Assembly: GCA_964483785.1 (NCBI GenBank)
Contig: CAZACW010000002.1
Location: 16,666 to 80,665, forward strand
From: an uncultured Planctomycetales bacterium
GTDB taxonomy: Bacteria; Omnitrophota; Gorgyraeia; Zapsychrales; Fredricksoniimonadaceae
Direction of reading: 5' to 3'
DNA length: 64,000 nucleotides
Below the pieces are notes generated by a model, which saw nothing but the letters and a program-made list of their open reading frames with translations, did not search any database and was not told the DNA's origin. Made by a program: the position numbers and the translations under genes. Below are positions 47,735 through 56,452 of the stretch, one piece after another (the stretch's first letter is position 1; each line of letters starts with the position of its first letter).

Positions 47735-48519
47735 TCGATTACCGCCGCATGTTTTCGCTCGCCGGCAAGGCCGTGGTGGTGACCGGAGGCTGCGGCTTGC
47801 TGGGCCGTGAAATCGTGACTGCCTTGGCCCAGGCCGGGGCCAGGGTCGTGATCGCGGACATTAATGCCAAGCAGGGACGGCAGCTGGCCAAGATATTGGG
47901 GCAGGAAGGCCTGAAGGTCTTTTACTGTCCTTTGGACATCACGGCTATCAAAGATCTCAAGGCCAACATGCAAACGCTCTTCCGCCGGCAGGGCCCCATT
48001 CACGGCTGGATCAATTGCGCCTATCCCAGGACCAAGGATTGGGGGGCCAAGGCCGAGCATATCCGCTCAAGGTCCTGGCAAAAAAACATCGACATGCATT
48101 TGAATGCGTATGCCTTAAGTTCCCTCTATGCCGCCCAGGCCCTCAAGAAAACCAAAGGATGCATCATCAATTTAGGGTCCATTTACGGGTCAGTGGGTCC
48201 GGATTTCAGCATCTATGAAGATACCAAGATGACCATGCCTGCCGCCTATGCAGCGATCAAGGGCGGCATCGACAGCATGGGCCGGTACCTGGCTTCGTAT
48301 GTCGGGCCCTTTGGCGTCAGGGTGGCCACGGTCTGCCCCGGCGGAATTTATGACGGTCAAGATCCCTCCTTCGTCAAGAAATACGCGGCCAAAACCTGCC
48401 TCAAGCGCATGGCCAAGGCCCAGGAAGTGGCCTCGGTCGTGGCCTTTCTCGTCTCAGACGCTGCTTCTTATATTACAGGGGCCACCATTATGGTGGATGG
48501 GGGTTGGACAGCTGTTTAG
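47731..48519 (+). CDS. Short-chain dehydrogenase/reductase (PtmA-like)
   Basis: VVVTGGCGLLG glycine-rich motif and a YAAIKGG catalytic YxxxK region. Confidence 0.75.
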   Translation: MIDYRRMFSLAGKAVVVTGGCGLLGREIVTALAQAGARVVIADINAKQGRQLAKILGQEGLKVFYCPLDITAIKDLKANMQTLFRRQGPIHGWINCAYPRTKDWGAKAEHIRSRSWQKNIDMHLNAYALSSLYAAQALKKTKGCIINLGSIYGSVGPDFSIYEDTKMTMPAAYAAIKGGIDSMGRYLASYVGPFGVRVATVCPGGIYDGQDPSFVKKYAAKTCLKRMAKAQEVASVVAFLVSDAASYITGATIMVDGGWTAV

Positions 48520-50108
48520 GCGCCGGTGAAGTGGTCGGTGGCCAGGTTGCCGGTCTCCCGGTCGATGCAATACCAAATGCCGTTGTAATTGGTGGTCTGG
48601 TGCTCGAACCAGATCACGCCTGCCTCACGGATATGCGGCCAGCAATCCTTGAAAATATCGTCCCCGTGGATCACCGCAACTCCATTTAAAACACGGATCG
48701 GGTAATGGTTGATCACATGCTCGGTGCCGGTGTCTGTAAAGATCCGCAGGGTGATGGTATTGTCCGGGTTGGTGGCGCAGCCGCCGGCCGTGATAATGGC
48801 GTAATCATTGCGGAAGGCCTTGAAAATCGGCGCCATTTTCAGGCAGCGGTAGGATTTCGGCTGCGGGTTGGAATCATTGTACAGGCCATAGGATGATTCG
48901 GTGTGGGTCTGGTCAGCCAGGCGATTTGAGCCCCGGTAATACACATGCACGTAACAGATCGGTTTGACGGCAAATTCATTCACATCACGCTTGAATTCCA
49001 CCACACAATTGACGCTGCCCTGGATGTCTTCCTTTGCGAAAACCTTGGCCAGATCGCATCCTGATTGATCATCCTGAAAAACGACGTCCCGGCTGGAAAT
49101 CAGCGCGCCGTCTTCCGTGAACAGCTTCAGGGTCATGGCCTCTACGGGGAAACCGATTTCATCCTCGCTGATGCGCAGCAGGGGCGCGTTGTGTTTAAAA
49201 TTCGGTATGTAAAAGCCGGTGGTGCAAGGATGAGGATGACGGTTGGCGGATGGCGTATTTTTGATATTGCGCCGGTTGCTGTTGCAATTGTCATGCCAGA
49301 TGGCCAGGGGAATGCCGTCTCCGTCATGGATGATGCAAAAGCCGTTGGCCCCTTTCAAGGGGGATTTAGTCTGGGCCACGGTGAACAATGCCTTGGGGCC
49401 GACAGCCTCAATGTCCTGCCGGGAACCGGCGAAATTGGACAGATAGGCCATGTGGCCGTCGGGCAGATAACCGCGGTAACAGAGGCTCGTGCGCGGCAAA
49501 TAGGACTTTAACGGCGCTGGGATGGAATGTACGCCGGCCATCAGCCCCTTGGCCTGGTCATGGAAAAAGACAAAGAACCTAAATTCGTTTTCCGGGGTCT
49601 TGAGGCGCGGATGAAAGACTTCTAAAAGCACGATACCTTGCTCCGGCAGGGCCGCGGCATCAGCCTCATGGCCGATAGTATTGAAATATTTCACTTCATT
49701 GGGCTTGAACACATACTGTTTGGACCAAAAATGCTCATTTTCCTTCATGATGGAGAGGCGGATCAAAAGAGGGTCCCGGATGCTGTAATTGCGCTGGCAA
49801 AAATTAAACAGCAGGATATGGGTGATGCCTTTTCGGAAAGGGACATAGGCACTGACAAAGGCCGAAGCAGCATCAGGCACCATATCTTCGGGACTGGTCT
49901 GCCCGTAGTAGGCCGAGAACAGGGTGGGCATGAATTTTTCCGGCGGGATGATCTTGGCTTGAGGATATTGTTTGAGGTAATGCGCCTGCAGGACCCGGTT
50001 GTAATAGGGCGGGCAGGCCTTGAAGTATTTGACGGCCAGCTCATTGGTTTTTTCCAGGCCGATCCATTTCGAGAGCAATTCGATTTTTGACATAAAGATT
50101 TCCTTCAA
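48516..50108 (-). CDS. Large hypothetical protein (530 aa) on the opposite strand. I recognise no domain.
   Basis: An uninterrupted ORF convergent with the upstream array, with an AT-rich promoter region on its 5' side. No motif is recognised. Confidence 0.5.
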   Translation of the reverse strand: MKEIFMSKIELLSKWIGLEKTNELAVKYFKACPPYYNRVLQAHYLKQYPQAKIIPPEKFMPTLFSAYYGQTSPEDMVPDAASAFVSAYVPFRKGITHILLFNFCQRNYSIRDPLLIRLSIMKENEHFWSKQYVFKPNEVKYFNTIGHEADAAALPEQGIVLLEVFHPRLKTPENEFRFFVFFHDQAKGLMAGVHSIPAPLKSYLPRTSLCYRGYLPDGHMAYLSNFAGSRQDIEAVGPKALFTVAQTKSPLKGANGFCIIHDGDGIPLAIWHDNCNSNRRNIKNTPSANRHPHPCTTGFYIPNFKHNAPLLRISEDEIGFPVEAMTLKLFTEDGALISSRDVVFQDDQSGCDLAKVFAKEDIQGSVNCVVEFKRDVNEFAVKPICYVHVYYRGSNRLADQTHTESSYGLYNDSNPQPKSYRCLKMAPIFKAFRNDYAIITAGGCATNPDNTITLRIFTDTGTEHVINHYPIRVLNGVAVIHGDDIFKDCWPHIREAGVIWFEHQTTNYNGIWYCIDRETGNLATDHFTGA

Positions 50109-50219
50109 TAAGGCGGGGTTGATTTAATTGTAGTACACTTTTTTTTAAATGTAAAAATATAATTCGCTTTTAAGTTGCGACCTTTTAAATTTCTTGTTTT
50201 TCTGTTAATATCAACGCCT

Positions 50220-52364
50220 ATGGTCCAAAATCAAAGTTTTCCGAAGTCGATTTATGTCGAGTTATTGACCCTTCGACTTTGGCTGGACAGCTTGGCCCCT
50301 CTCCTGCGGCGGCTCGGCCGGAAAAATCCTTCCTTAAAACCCTGTTGTTATGTTTTTGATGCCACCTGGCCGGGCTTGATGCTGGCCCGCTGGACCGCCA
50401 AGCAGGAGGGGTTTGTGGTCCAAAAATTGGATTTTCAGATCACGGATGTCCGGGATGAACAAGGCCGCTTCGCTTATTGGCGCGCGGCCCATCAGGACAT
50501 GATTGAAATCCAGCAGCTGATGCTGTCATCCGAAATATTTCATTCCTTCACCCGAGATTTAGATCCCGCTTCCAATGCGCGTTATTACCTGGCCAAGGTC
50601 CCGGTGTATATTTATGATTTTTACGGGCATGAAAAATATGCCCAGGCCTGGCACGTGGCGATGATGGCCCAGATTGCCGGATGGCACGGCCGCCGGCAGC
50701 ACCCGCCTGCGACGGAGTATCAACTGTTTATCATTGAACGTCCCTGGATGGATGTCCTTCGGCAATATCTGCGGTCCCATGGCGGGCATTTGGCATCGCT
50801 TGGCCCCGTGCAGTTAAGGCGCTGGGCATGGTCAAAGCTTTTTGCCAAATTTAAAAAATTAAATTTCCGGATGGCGGCCGGCCTGGTCCGGCGCAAAATT
50901 TTTGACTTCAAGCTCCGGCGCGGCCTGGCCCGGTCCAAGCCGTATTTTGCGCCGGAGAAAGCCAGGATCATGACGGAATTTTGCGGCCAGTTGAATTTCG
51001 ACGATCCTGTTTTACATAGCGATCTTTTTTTCTGCGATGGAAAAAACCTTTCCTATGAAGATTTGCTGGTGACCTTTAATCTGTCCAAATCACCCATCGA
51101 CGCTCAAAGATACGGGCTGTTAGAATCCCATCACCTGGCTGCCGTGGCCATGTCCCCGCAAGCCTCGGTGGTGGATCCGTCCCTGATCGAGGTTTTCCGT
51201 CCCCAGCGGCACAATAGCACCCTACCCTTGGAGGCGCAGGAGAGCAGTGCGGAATATCGGGTATTGCGGGGTTTGCGGGAAGATTATTGCCGGACCAAGG
51301 AGCAATGGTCCCAATTTTTTAAGCGTTATAATATCAAACTGCACAACAGCTGGATCAATTATGACCCTGCTCAAATGGCCATGGCCGAGGCCTTGGCTGA
51401 ATTAGGGGGGATTTCCTGCATTTACCAGCGTTCTTATGAGCCCCATCCCTGTCCCCAGCTTGCTGTCTGCACGGACATCATCTTCAGTTTTGCCCCGGTG
51501 AAATACGAGGCCATGCGTGCCAATTACGGCCGCTTCCGTTATCACGCGGCCGTGGGTTATGTGGGCGATTACCGTTTTGGGCCGTCTCAATCCATGGCCA
51601 TGGACCTGCGCCGTAAAATCCAGGCCCATGGGGCCCAACAGATCATTGCCTATTTCGACGAGAATACCATTGATGACGGCCGCTGGTATATGGGGCATAA
51701 ACTGTTGAGGGACAATTACCGCTTCTGGTTGGAACAATTATTGAAATTCCCTACCCTTGGCCTGATCTTTAAACCCAAGGTGCCCAGCACCCTGCCCCGT
51801 CGGCTTGGAGAAGTCCACGGGCTTTTGCAGGAAGCGGAAAAGACCGGACGTTGTTATGTGTTCAGGGAAGGCCAGATGCAGGGCCTTTACCCTCCGGCTG
51901 TGGCGGCCCTGGCTGCGGACATGGCCATCCACGATTCCATCATCTCCGGCACGGCGGGCATGGAATCCGCCTTGGCCGGCGTGCCGACCTTGATCATGGA
52001 CCTGGAAGGATGGCCTCCCAGCCCCTTGCATCAATTGGGCAAGGATGTTGTTTTCAAGGATTGGCCGCAGGCCTGGCAGGCCTGCCAAAATTATTTCAAG
52101 GATCCTAAAACCTACAGGCATATCGGGGATTGGTCATCCTATAAGCAGGAACTGGACCCCTATCAGGACGGGAAGGCCGTTGAACGTTTGAGTGAATGCC
52201 TGAAATGGATGCTGGAAGGCCTGCGCGCCGGCCGGCATCGGGACGCGGTGATGGATGAGGTCATGGAGCGATTTGCACAGAAGTGGGGGAAGGACAAGGT
52301 CCAATCAGGAGACCATCACAACCCCCGGGGTTGTGATGGTCCATCACAACCCCGGGGGTTGTGA
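50220..52364 (+). CDS. Large hypothetical protein with a GT-B-like C-terminal half. The C-terminal 20 codons are encoded by the palindromic repeat.
   Basis: The C-terminal ISGTAGMESALAGVPTL segment resembles the GT-B acceptor-domain Gly-rich/E/A-G-xP motif. The start is chosen at the first ATG outside the AT-rich region, with an alternative at 50175. The stop lies inside repeat copy 6. Confidence 0.45.
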   Translation: MVQNQSFPKSIYVELLTLRLWLDSLAPLLRRLGRKNPSLKPCCYVFDATWPGLMLARWTAKQEGFVVQKLDFQITDVRDEQGRFAYWRAAHQDMIEIQQLMLSSEIFHSFTRDLDPASNARYYLAKVPVYIYDFYGHEKYAQAWHVAMMAQIAGWHGRRQHPPATEYQLFIIERPWMDVLRQYLRSHGGHLASLGPVQLRRWAWSKLFAKFKKLNFRMAAGLVRRKIFDFKLRRGLARSKPYFAPEKARIMTEFCGQLNFDDPVLHSDLFFCDGKNLSYEDLLVTFNLSKSPIDAQRYGLLESHHLAAVAMSPQASVVDPSLIEVFRPQRHNSTLPLEAQESSAEYRVLRGLREDYCRTKEQWSQFFKRYNIKLHNSWINYDPAQMAMAEALAELGGISCIYQRSYEPHPCPQLAVCTDIIFSFAPVKYEAMRANYGRFRYHAAVGYVGDYRFGPSQSMAMDLRRKIQAHGAQQIIAYFDENTIDDGRWYMGHKLLRDNYRFWLEQLLKFPTLGLIFKPKVPSTLPRRLGEVHGLLQEAEKTGRCYVFREGQMQGLYPPAVAALAADMAIHDSIISGTAGMESALAGVPTLIMDLEGWPPSPLHQLGKDVVFKDWPQAWQACQNYFKDPKTYRHIGDWSSYKQELDPYQDGKAVERLSECLKWMLEGLRAGRHRDAVMDEVMERFAQKWGKDKVQSGDHHNPRGCDGPSQPRGL

Positions 52365-52377
52365 TGGTCTCCTGATC
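52303..52377. repeat. Tandem pair of the 27-nt near-palindrome (copies 5 and 6) nested inside a further inverted repeat (CAGGAGA ... TCTCCTG). The whole 75-nt stretch is one near-perfect palindrome.
   Basis: Direct sequence match. Copy 6 is the exact reverse complement of copy 5. Only the single central nucleotide breaks the overall symmetry. Confidence 0.9.
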
Positions 52378-52385
52378 AAAAACAT

Positions 52386-54185
52386 ATGGCGCAGATTTTT
52401 GTTATTCATGATCCTGCCTATTTCAAGGCCTCGGCCCTGGATTGTATCGTTTTGCCGACGGAGCAGGGCCTGGATGCATTATTGTCCAAGGGCCTGATTG
52501 GCCCCTTACAGGTTCCAGCTTATACCGAGAAAGAACGCTCGGCCTTTATCCAGGATTATACGGCCTTGATCGCCTCCCTAAATGCCCGTTTTAAGGACCA
52601 GTTTCTCTGGTGGGCCACGGACCTTTCTTCCAAAAACAGCTATGTTTGTCCTGTCCCTGACCTGGTCCAGGAATTGCTGATGATTGAAAGAAGTCTTTCA
52701 GCCTGTCCGGATCAGCCCTTGTTGATTGCAGGCCCTTCCATCGCCATCGAGCCGTCCTTGTCCAAACTCCTGGCCAAATGCAACCGCAGTCTGGTTTGGC
52801 CAAAGGCTGACTGGGAAAGACAAAAGCTCATGGCCCTTGGCGCGGCCCGGTCCTTGATAAGGCTATTGGTGAGGGCTGTGCGTTTTTATGCCAGATCGTT
52901 CTTGTCCCGCAGGGCCTTGTCCGAAACAGCGGGCCGCTGGCTTGACCCTCAAAAAAATTTTTACGTGATCAAGACCTTTTCCTATCCCAGCTCCTGGGAC
53001 AAAGAAGGCGCTTACACGGACGCGTTTTTCGGCCCCTTGCCGAAACATCTTGCTGCATCCAACCAGGTGCTGATTTTAAGTTACCATTGGCATTGTTTTG
53101 GGGAATTTATAAAGCGCCTCAAGCAGGAAACGGCCTGGAAGATCCTTCCGGTGGAATTCTTTATCAATGGCGGTGATGTTTTCCGCGCCGTGATCAGGAT
53201 TTTAAGTTTCAGAATTGAGCTCAAGGAGCCGGTCTTGTTCAAGGACCTGGATGTGACGGATCTCATCCGTTTCGAGTTGGCCAGGACCCTCAACGGCATC
53301 CAGATCTTCCAGCTTTTGCATTACGATGCCCTTCGTCATCTCATCCGGCAGGTGCCGCTGAAGGATTTTCTCATGACCTTTGAGAACAATCCATGGGAGA
53401 GGATGTGCCTGATGGCCTTGCGCAAGCACAGCCCGTCGACCAAGCTTTTGGGTTACCAGCATTCCGTGGTGCCCCAGGCGGCCTTGAATATGTTTGTCCA
53501 TCCTAATGAAAAGAACATCGTGCCGCTGCCGGACAGGATCCTGACAACCGGCGAGCTGTCCCGCGGCATTCTCAGGGCATACGGGGATTACGGGCAGGTG
53601 CCCATTCTCAGCAGCTGCGCCCTGCGTTATGAATATTTATTTGCCGCCGGGCCGAAGGCGCGCTCTAAATCCCAGGGGCATCTTTTGCTGGTGTTAGACG
53701 GGGTTGACCAGACGTTTCAGATGCTGCAGTATGTGTTAAAAGAAATCAGAGGGGCAGAGGGCTGCCGGTTGAGGATCAGGTGCCACCCGGCGCTGCCATG
53801 GTCTTTGCTGACAAGGAAACACCCCATGGACATGGCTTGTCTGTCCCAGGTGGAAATCTCCAAGGAGAGCCTGGCCCAAGACCTGGAGTGGGCCGACGTG
53901 CTGATGTACTGGCAAAGCGCGGTTGTGCTGGAAGCTGTCAGCCGGGGGATCCCGGCTGTCAATTTCAGGCCTGAAGGCCTGTTAAGCTATGATCCATTGT
54001 TTCTGACCGATGCCTTTCAATGGACGGTCACGCCGCAGGAGAGGCTCTTGGCCGCCCTCAAGGCCGTCGAGGCCATGGATGACCGGGAATTCCGGCGCAG
54101 AGCCGATGCGGCCTCGGCCTGGGTGCGCAGTTATTTCCATCCCGTGACCCCTCAAAGCCTGGCCTTATTTGAAATTGACGGGTAG
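52386..54185 (+). CDS. Large hypothetical protein (599 aa), possibly GT-B-like
   Basis: The C-terminal VLEAVSRGIPAVNF segment resembles a GT-B motif. It starts 19 nt after the repeat pair. Confidence 0.35.
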   Translation: MAQIFVIHDPAYFKASALDCIVLPTEQGLDALLSKGLIGPLQVPAYTEKERSAFIQDYTALIASLNARFKDQFLWWATDLSSKNSYVCPVPDLVQELLMIERSLSACPDQPLLIAGPSIAIEPSLSKLLAKCNRSLVWPKADWERQKLMALGAARSLIRLLVRAVRFYARSFLSRRALSETAGRWLDPQKNFYVIKTFSYPSSWDKEGAYTDAFFGPLPKHLAASNQVLILSYHWHCFGEFIKRLKQETAWKILPVEFFINGGDVFRAVIRILSFRIELKEPVLFKDLDVTDLIRFELARTLNGIQIFQLLHYDALRHLIRQVPLKDFLMTFENNPWERMCLMALRKHSPSTKLLGYQHSVVPQAALNMFVHPNEKNIVPLPDRILTTGELSRGILRAYGDYGQVPILSSCALRYEYLFAAGPKARSKSQGHLLLVLDGVDQTFQMLQYVLKEIRGAEGCRLRIRCHPALPWSLLTRKHPMDMACLSQVEISKESLAQDLEWADVLMYWQSAVVLEAVSRGIPAVNFRPEGLLSYDPLFLTDAFQWTVTPQERLLAALKAVEAMDDREFRRRADAASAWVRSYFHPVTPQSLALFEIDG

Positions 54186-54212
54186 GGACCCTTCCTTTAC
54201 AATGACTCAACC

Positions 54213-54818
54213 ATGGACAATCATTTAAGTTTGAGCGCCAAAATCCTCCGGGAAATCAAGGACTATGGCCTATGGCTCCTGCAGGGCGTGCCCGGGGCGC
54301 TCGGCGTCAAATTAAGGCGCTTGTGCTTACGGCCCTGTTTTTTCAAATGCGGGGCCGGCTTAGTCATGGCCAAAGATTGCGTGGTCAAAGGCTTTAAAAA
54401 GATCACCTTAGGGGACCATGTCAGCTTCGGCCCCTGGACCCAGGTCTATGCCGAGGGCACCGAGGGAGGGATTGAGATCGGCGATCATGTCTCCACCAAT
54501 GCCAATGTGATGATCAATGCCGACAACGGCGGGTCCATTAAAATCGGAGACCATGTCATGATCGGGCCCAATGTGGTGCTGCGGGCCTCCAACCACCATT
54601 TTGCCCGGAAAGACATGACCATAGACGCCCAAGGCCATCAGCCGGGGTCCATCGTCATCAAGGAGGATGTGTGGCTCGGTGCCAATGTGGTTGTTGTGCC
54701 CAATGTCGTGATCGGACAAGGGGCGATCGTCGGGGCCGGGGCCGTGGTGACCAAGGATGTCGAAGATTACACCATTGTCGGCGGAGTTCCTGCCAAGAAA
54801 ATCGGGGTCAGAGATTAG
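54213..54818 (+). CDS. Hexapeptide-repeat O-acetyltransferase (maltose/galactoside acetyltransferase-like)
   Basis: Repeats IGDHVSTNANVMINA...IGDHVMIGPNVVL...VWLGANVVVVPNVVIGQGAIVGAGAVV. Confidence 0.75.
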   Translation: MDNHLSLSAKILREIKDYGLWLLQGVPGALGVKLRRLCLRPCFFKCGAGLVMAKDCVVKGFKKITLGDHVSFGPWTQVYAEGTEGGIEIGDHVSTNANVMINADNGGSIKIGDHVMIGPNVVLRASNHHFARKDMTIDAQGHQPGSIVIKEDVWLGANVVVVPNVVIGQGAIVGAGAVVTKDVEDYTIVGGVPAKKIGVRD

Positions 54819-54819
54819 C

Positions 54820-56418
54820 ATGTCAAGATACGCGCTTACCAGCCTTATCCTGGTCCTGGTCTTTTTGGGGATTTGGTTTGCGCGGGCCTCCAGCTTCGGC
54901 ATTTATGGAGATGAGACATTTCACCTCAGCTGGGCCGAGGGCATAGCCCGTACGGGTTCCTGCCATTTTGCCTGGGACACGGCCCTGGATCAACCCATCC
55001 CCAAGGACCTCAAAGAAAATCACGGCTTATTGCCCACCTATCTGTTCAGCTTGTCCTTTCATTTTCCCGTTGACCATGTCCTGTGGAGCCGATTCGTATG
55101 CTTGATCTTCACCCTGGCCACGTACGGGACCATCCTCTATTATTTCCGCCGAAGAGGCATGCTGACGGCGCAGCGCCTTTTTGTTTGGACGGCCTTGTTT
55201 TTCGGCTCTGCCGTTATTTTGGATCTGTCCTATTACATCCGCACCTATGCCATCCTGGGCACAGCCACGGCCTTGATCTTGATCCTGTACTGGGAAGGCC
55301 TGATGCGTTTGCAGCAAAATCAGAGGCAGGCATGCATCCGGCTGTGGGCCTTGGGCATGCTCCTGTTTCTTGTGACCGTGATTGACCAATGGCAGATTGA
55401 ACAAATCCCGGCCTTGGTTTTCGGGGTATTGACCGGTATTCTTTATTTGGATCCGCAACATAAGAGTTTATTGAATGGTTTTAAAAAATGGATTGGGTGG
55501 ATTTTATGGGGCCTGATTTTATTTTCCCCCCTTTTGATCCAGAATTACCAAATCCTAAAGTGGATCAAATTGCAGAATACCCAGGTTTTTATCCCCCAGC
55601 ACCATTCCAGTTTCTGGGACAATCTGGTAGGGTGGCTTCGTTTTGTCCTGGGGATCAACGTCGGGCTTTTATCCCTGGACTGGGCCTTGCGGTCCATGGA
55701 AAAACTGAGCTTTGACAGATGGATCTTCATCAACGGCTTGTTCACAGCCATTGTCTGCCTTCTTTACAACAGTGTGCTGCATGTATTTTTTCCGAAATAT
55801 GTTTATCTGCCGCTTTTGATGATGCTGATCGGCTGGGCCGGGTTTTGGGAAGATTTTTTAAAGCAGACAAAATTGAAATCCTGGGCCCTGGTGCTTTACC
55901 TGCTGGTCAATGGGCTGATGTCCTGGGTCAATGTGTATGAACACAGCAATGTCGGCCGGCCCATCCATTGGCTGCACAGCCATCTGGACCCGCATGATGT
56001 GCTTTTGGTCTCCCAAGTCAACGATGATATACTTCGGTTTGAAGGCAGAGGGCTGTTGTCCCGCGCCCATACCGTGGACCCGAGCCAAAACATGCAGGAC
56101 ATTACTGATCTGAAGCAATATATAGCCGGCCATGCCCAGGGGAAAATCTATTATTTGTATGTGGACCATTATGCGTTTCGCCGGTGGCTTTGCCTCATGA
56201 CGATCGGCAAGGACCTTTACCCTCCCATTGATCTTTTTGCCTATTTAAGGGACCGTATTCCTTCCTCGGGCGTGATGCCGGGATTAAGGCAATGCGGCCT
56301 GATGGTCTTTGACCGTACCGAATTGTTGAATGGCCTGGACCATCTGCTGCAACAAGGTTTTGAAACCAAGCCAAGCTTTCATTTGCGTCAGTTATGGAGG
56401 CATTTTTTTAAGTATTGA
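54820..56418 (+). CDS. Polytopic membrane protein (GT-C-like glycosyltransferase, polymerase or ligase candidate)
   Basis: 532 aa with at least 10 transmembrane segments. It starts 2 nt after the acetyltransferase. Confidence 0.4.
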   Translation: MSRYALTSLILVLVFLGIWFARASSFGIYGDETFHLSWAEGIARTGSCHFAWDTALDQPIPKDLKENHGLLPTYLFSLSFHFPVDHVLWSRFVCLIFTLATYGTILYYFRRRGMLTAQRLFVWTALFFGSAVILDLSYYIRTYAILGTATALILILYWEGLMRLQQNQRQACIRLWALGMLLFLVTVIDQWQIEQIPALVFGVLTGILYLDPQHKSLLNGFKKWIGWILWGLILFSPLLIQNYQILKWIKLQNTQVFIPQHHSSFWDNLVGWLRFVLGINVGLLSLDWALRSMEKLSFDRWIFINGLFTAIVCLLYNSVLHVFFPKYVYLPLLMMLIGWAGFWEDFLKQTKLKSWALVLYLLVNGLMSWVNVYEHSNVGRPIHWLHSHLDPHDVLLVSQVNDDILRFEGRGLLSRAHTVDPSQNMQDITDLKQYIAGHAQGKIYYLYVDHYAFRRWLCLMTIGKDLYPPIDLFAYLRDRIPSSGVMPGLRQCGLMVFDRTELLNGLDHLLQQGFETKPSFHLRQLWRHFFKY

Positions 56419-56452
56419 AATTATATAGAGTATAGAGGTATAATCATCCATT

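Noticed and set aside
9273-52367. Possibility that the repeated 27-mers are a CRISPR array
   Set aside because: They occur only as isolated pairs, tens of kilobases apart. They are near-palindromic, unlike most CRISPR repeats, which are only partially palindromic. There are no regularly spaced unique spacers and no cas genes.
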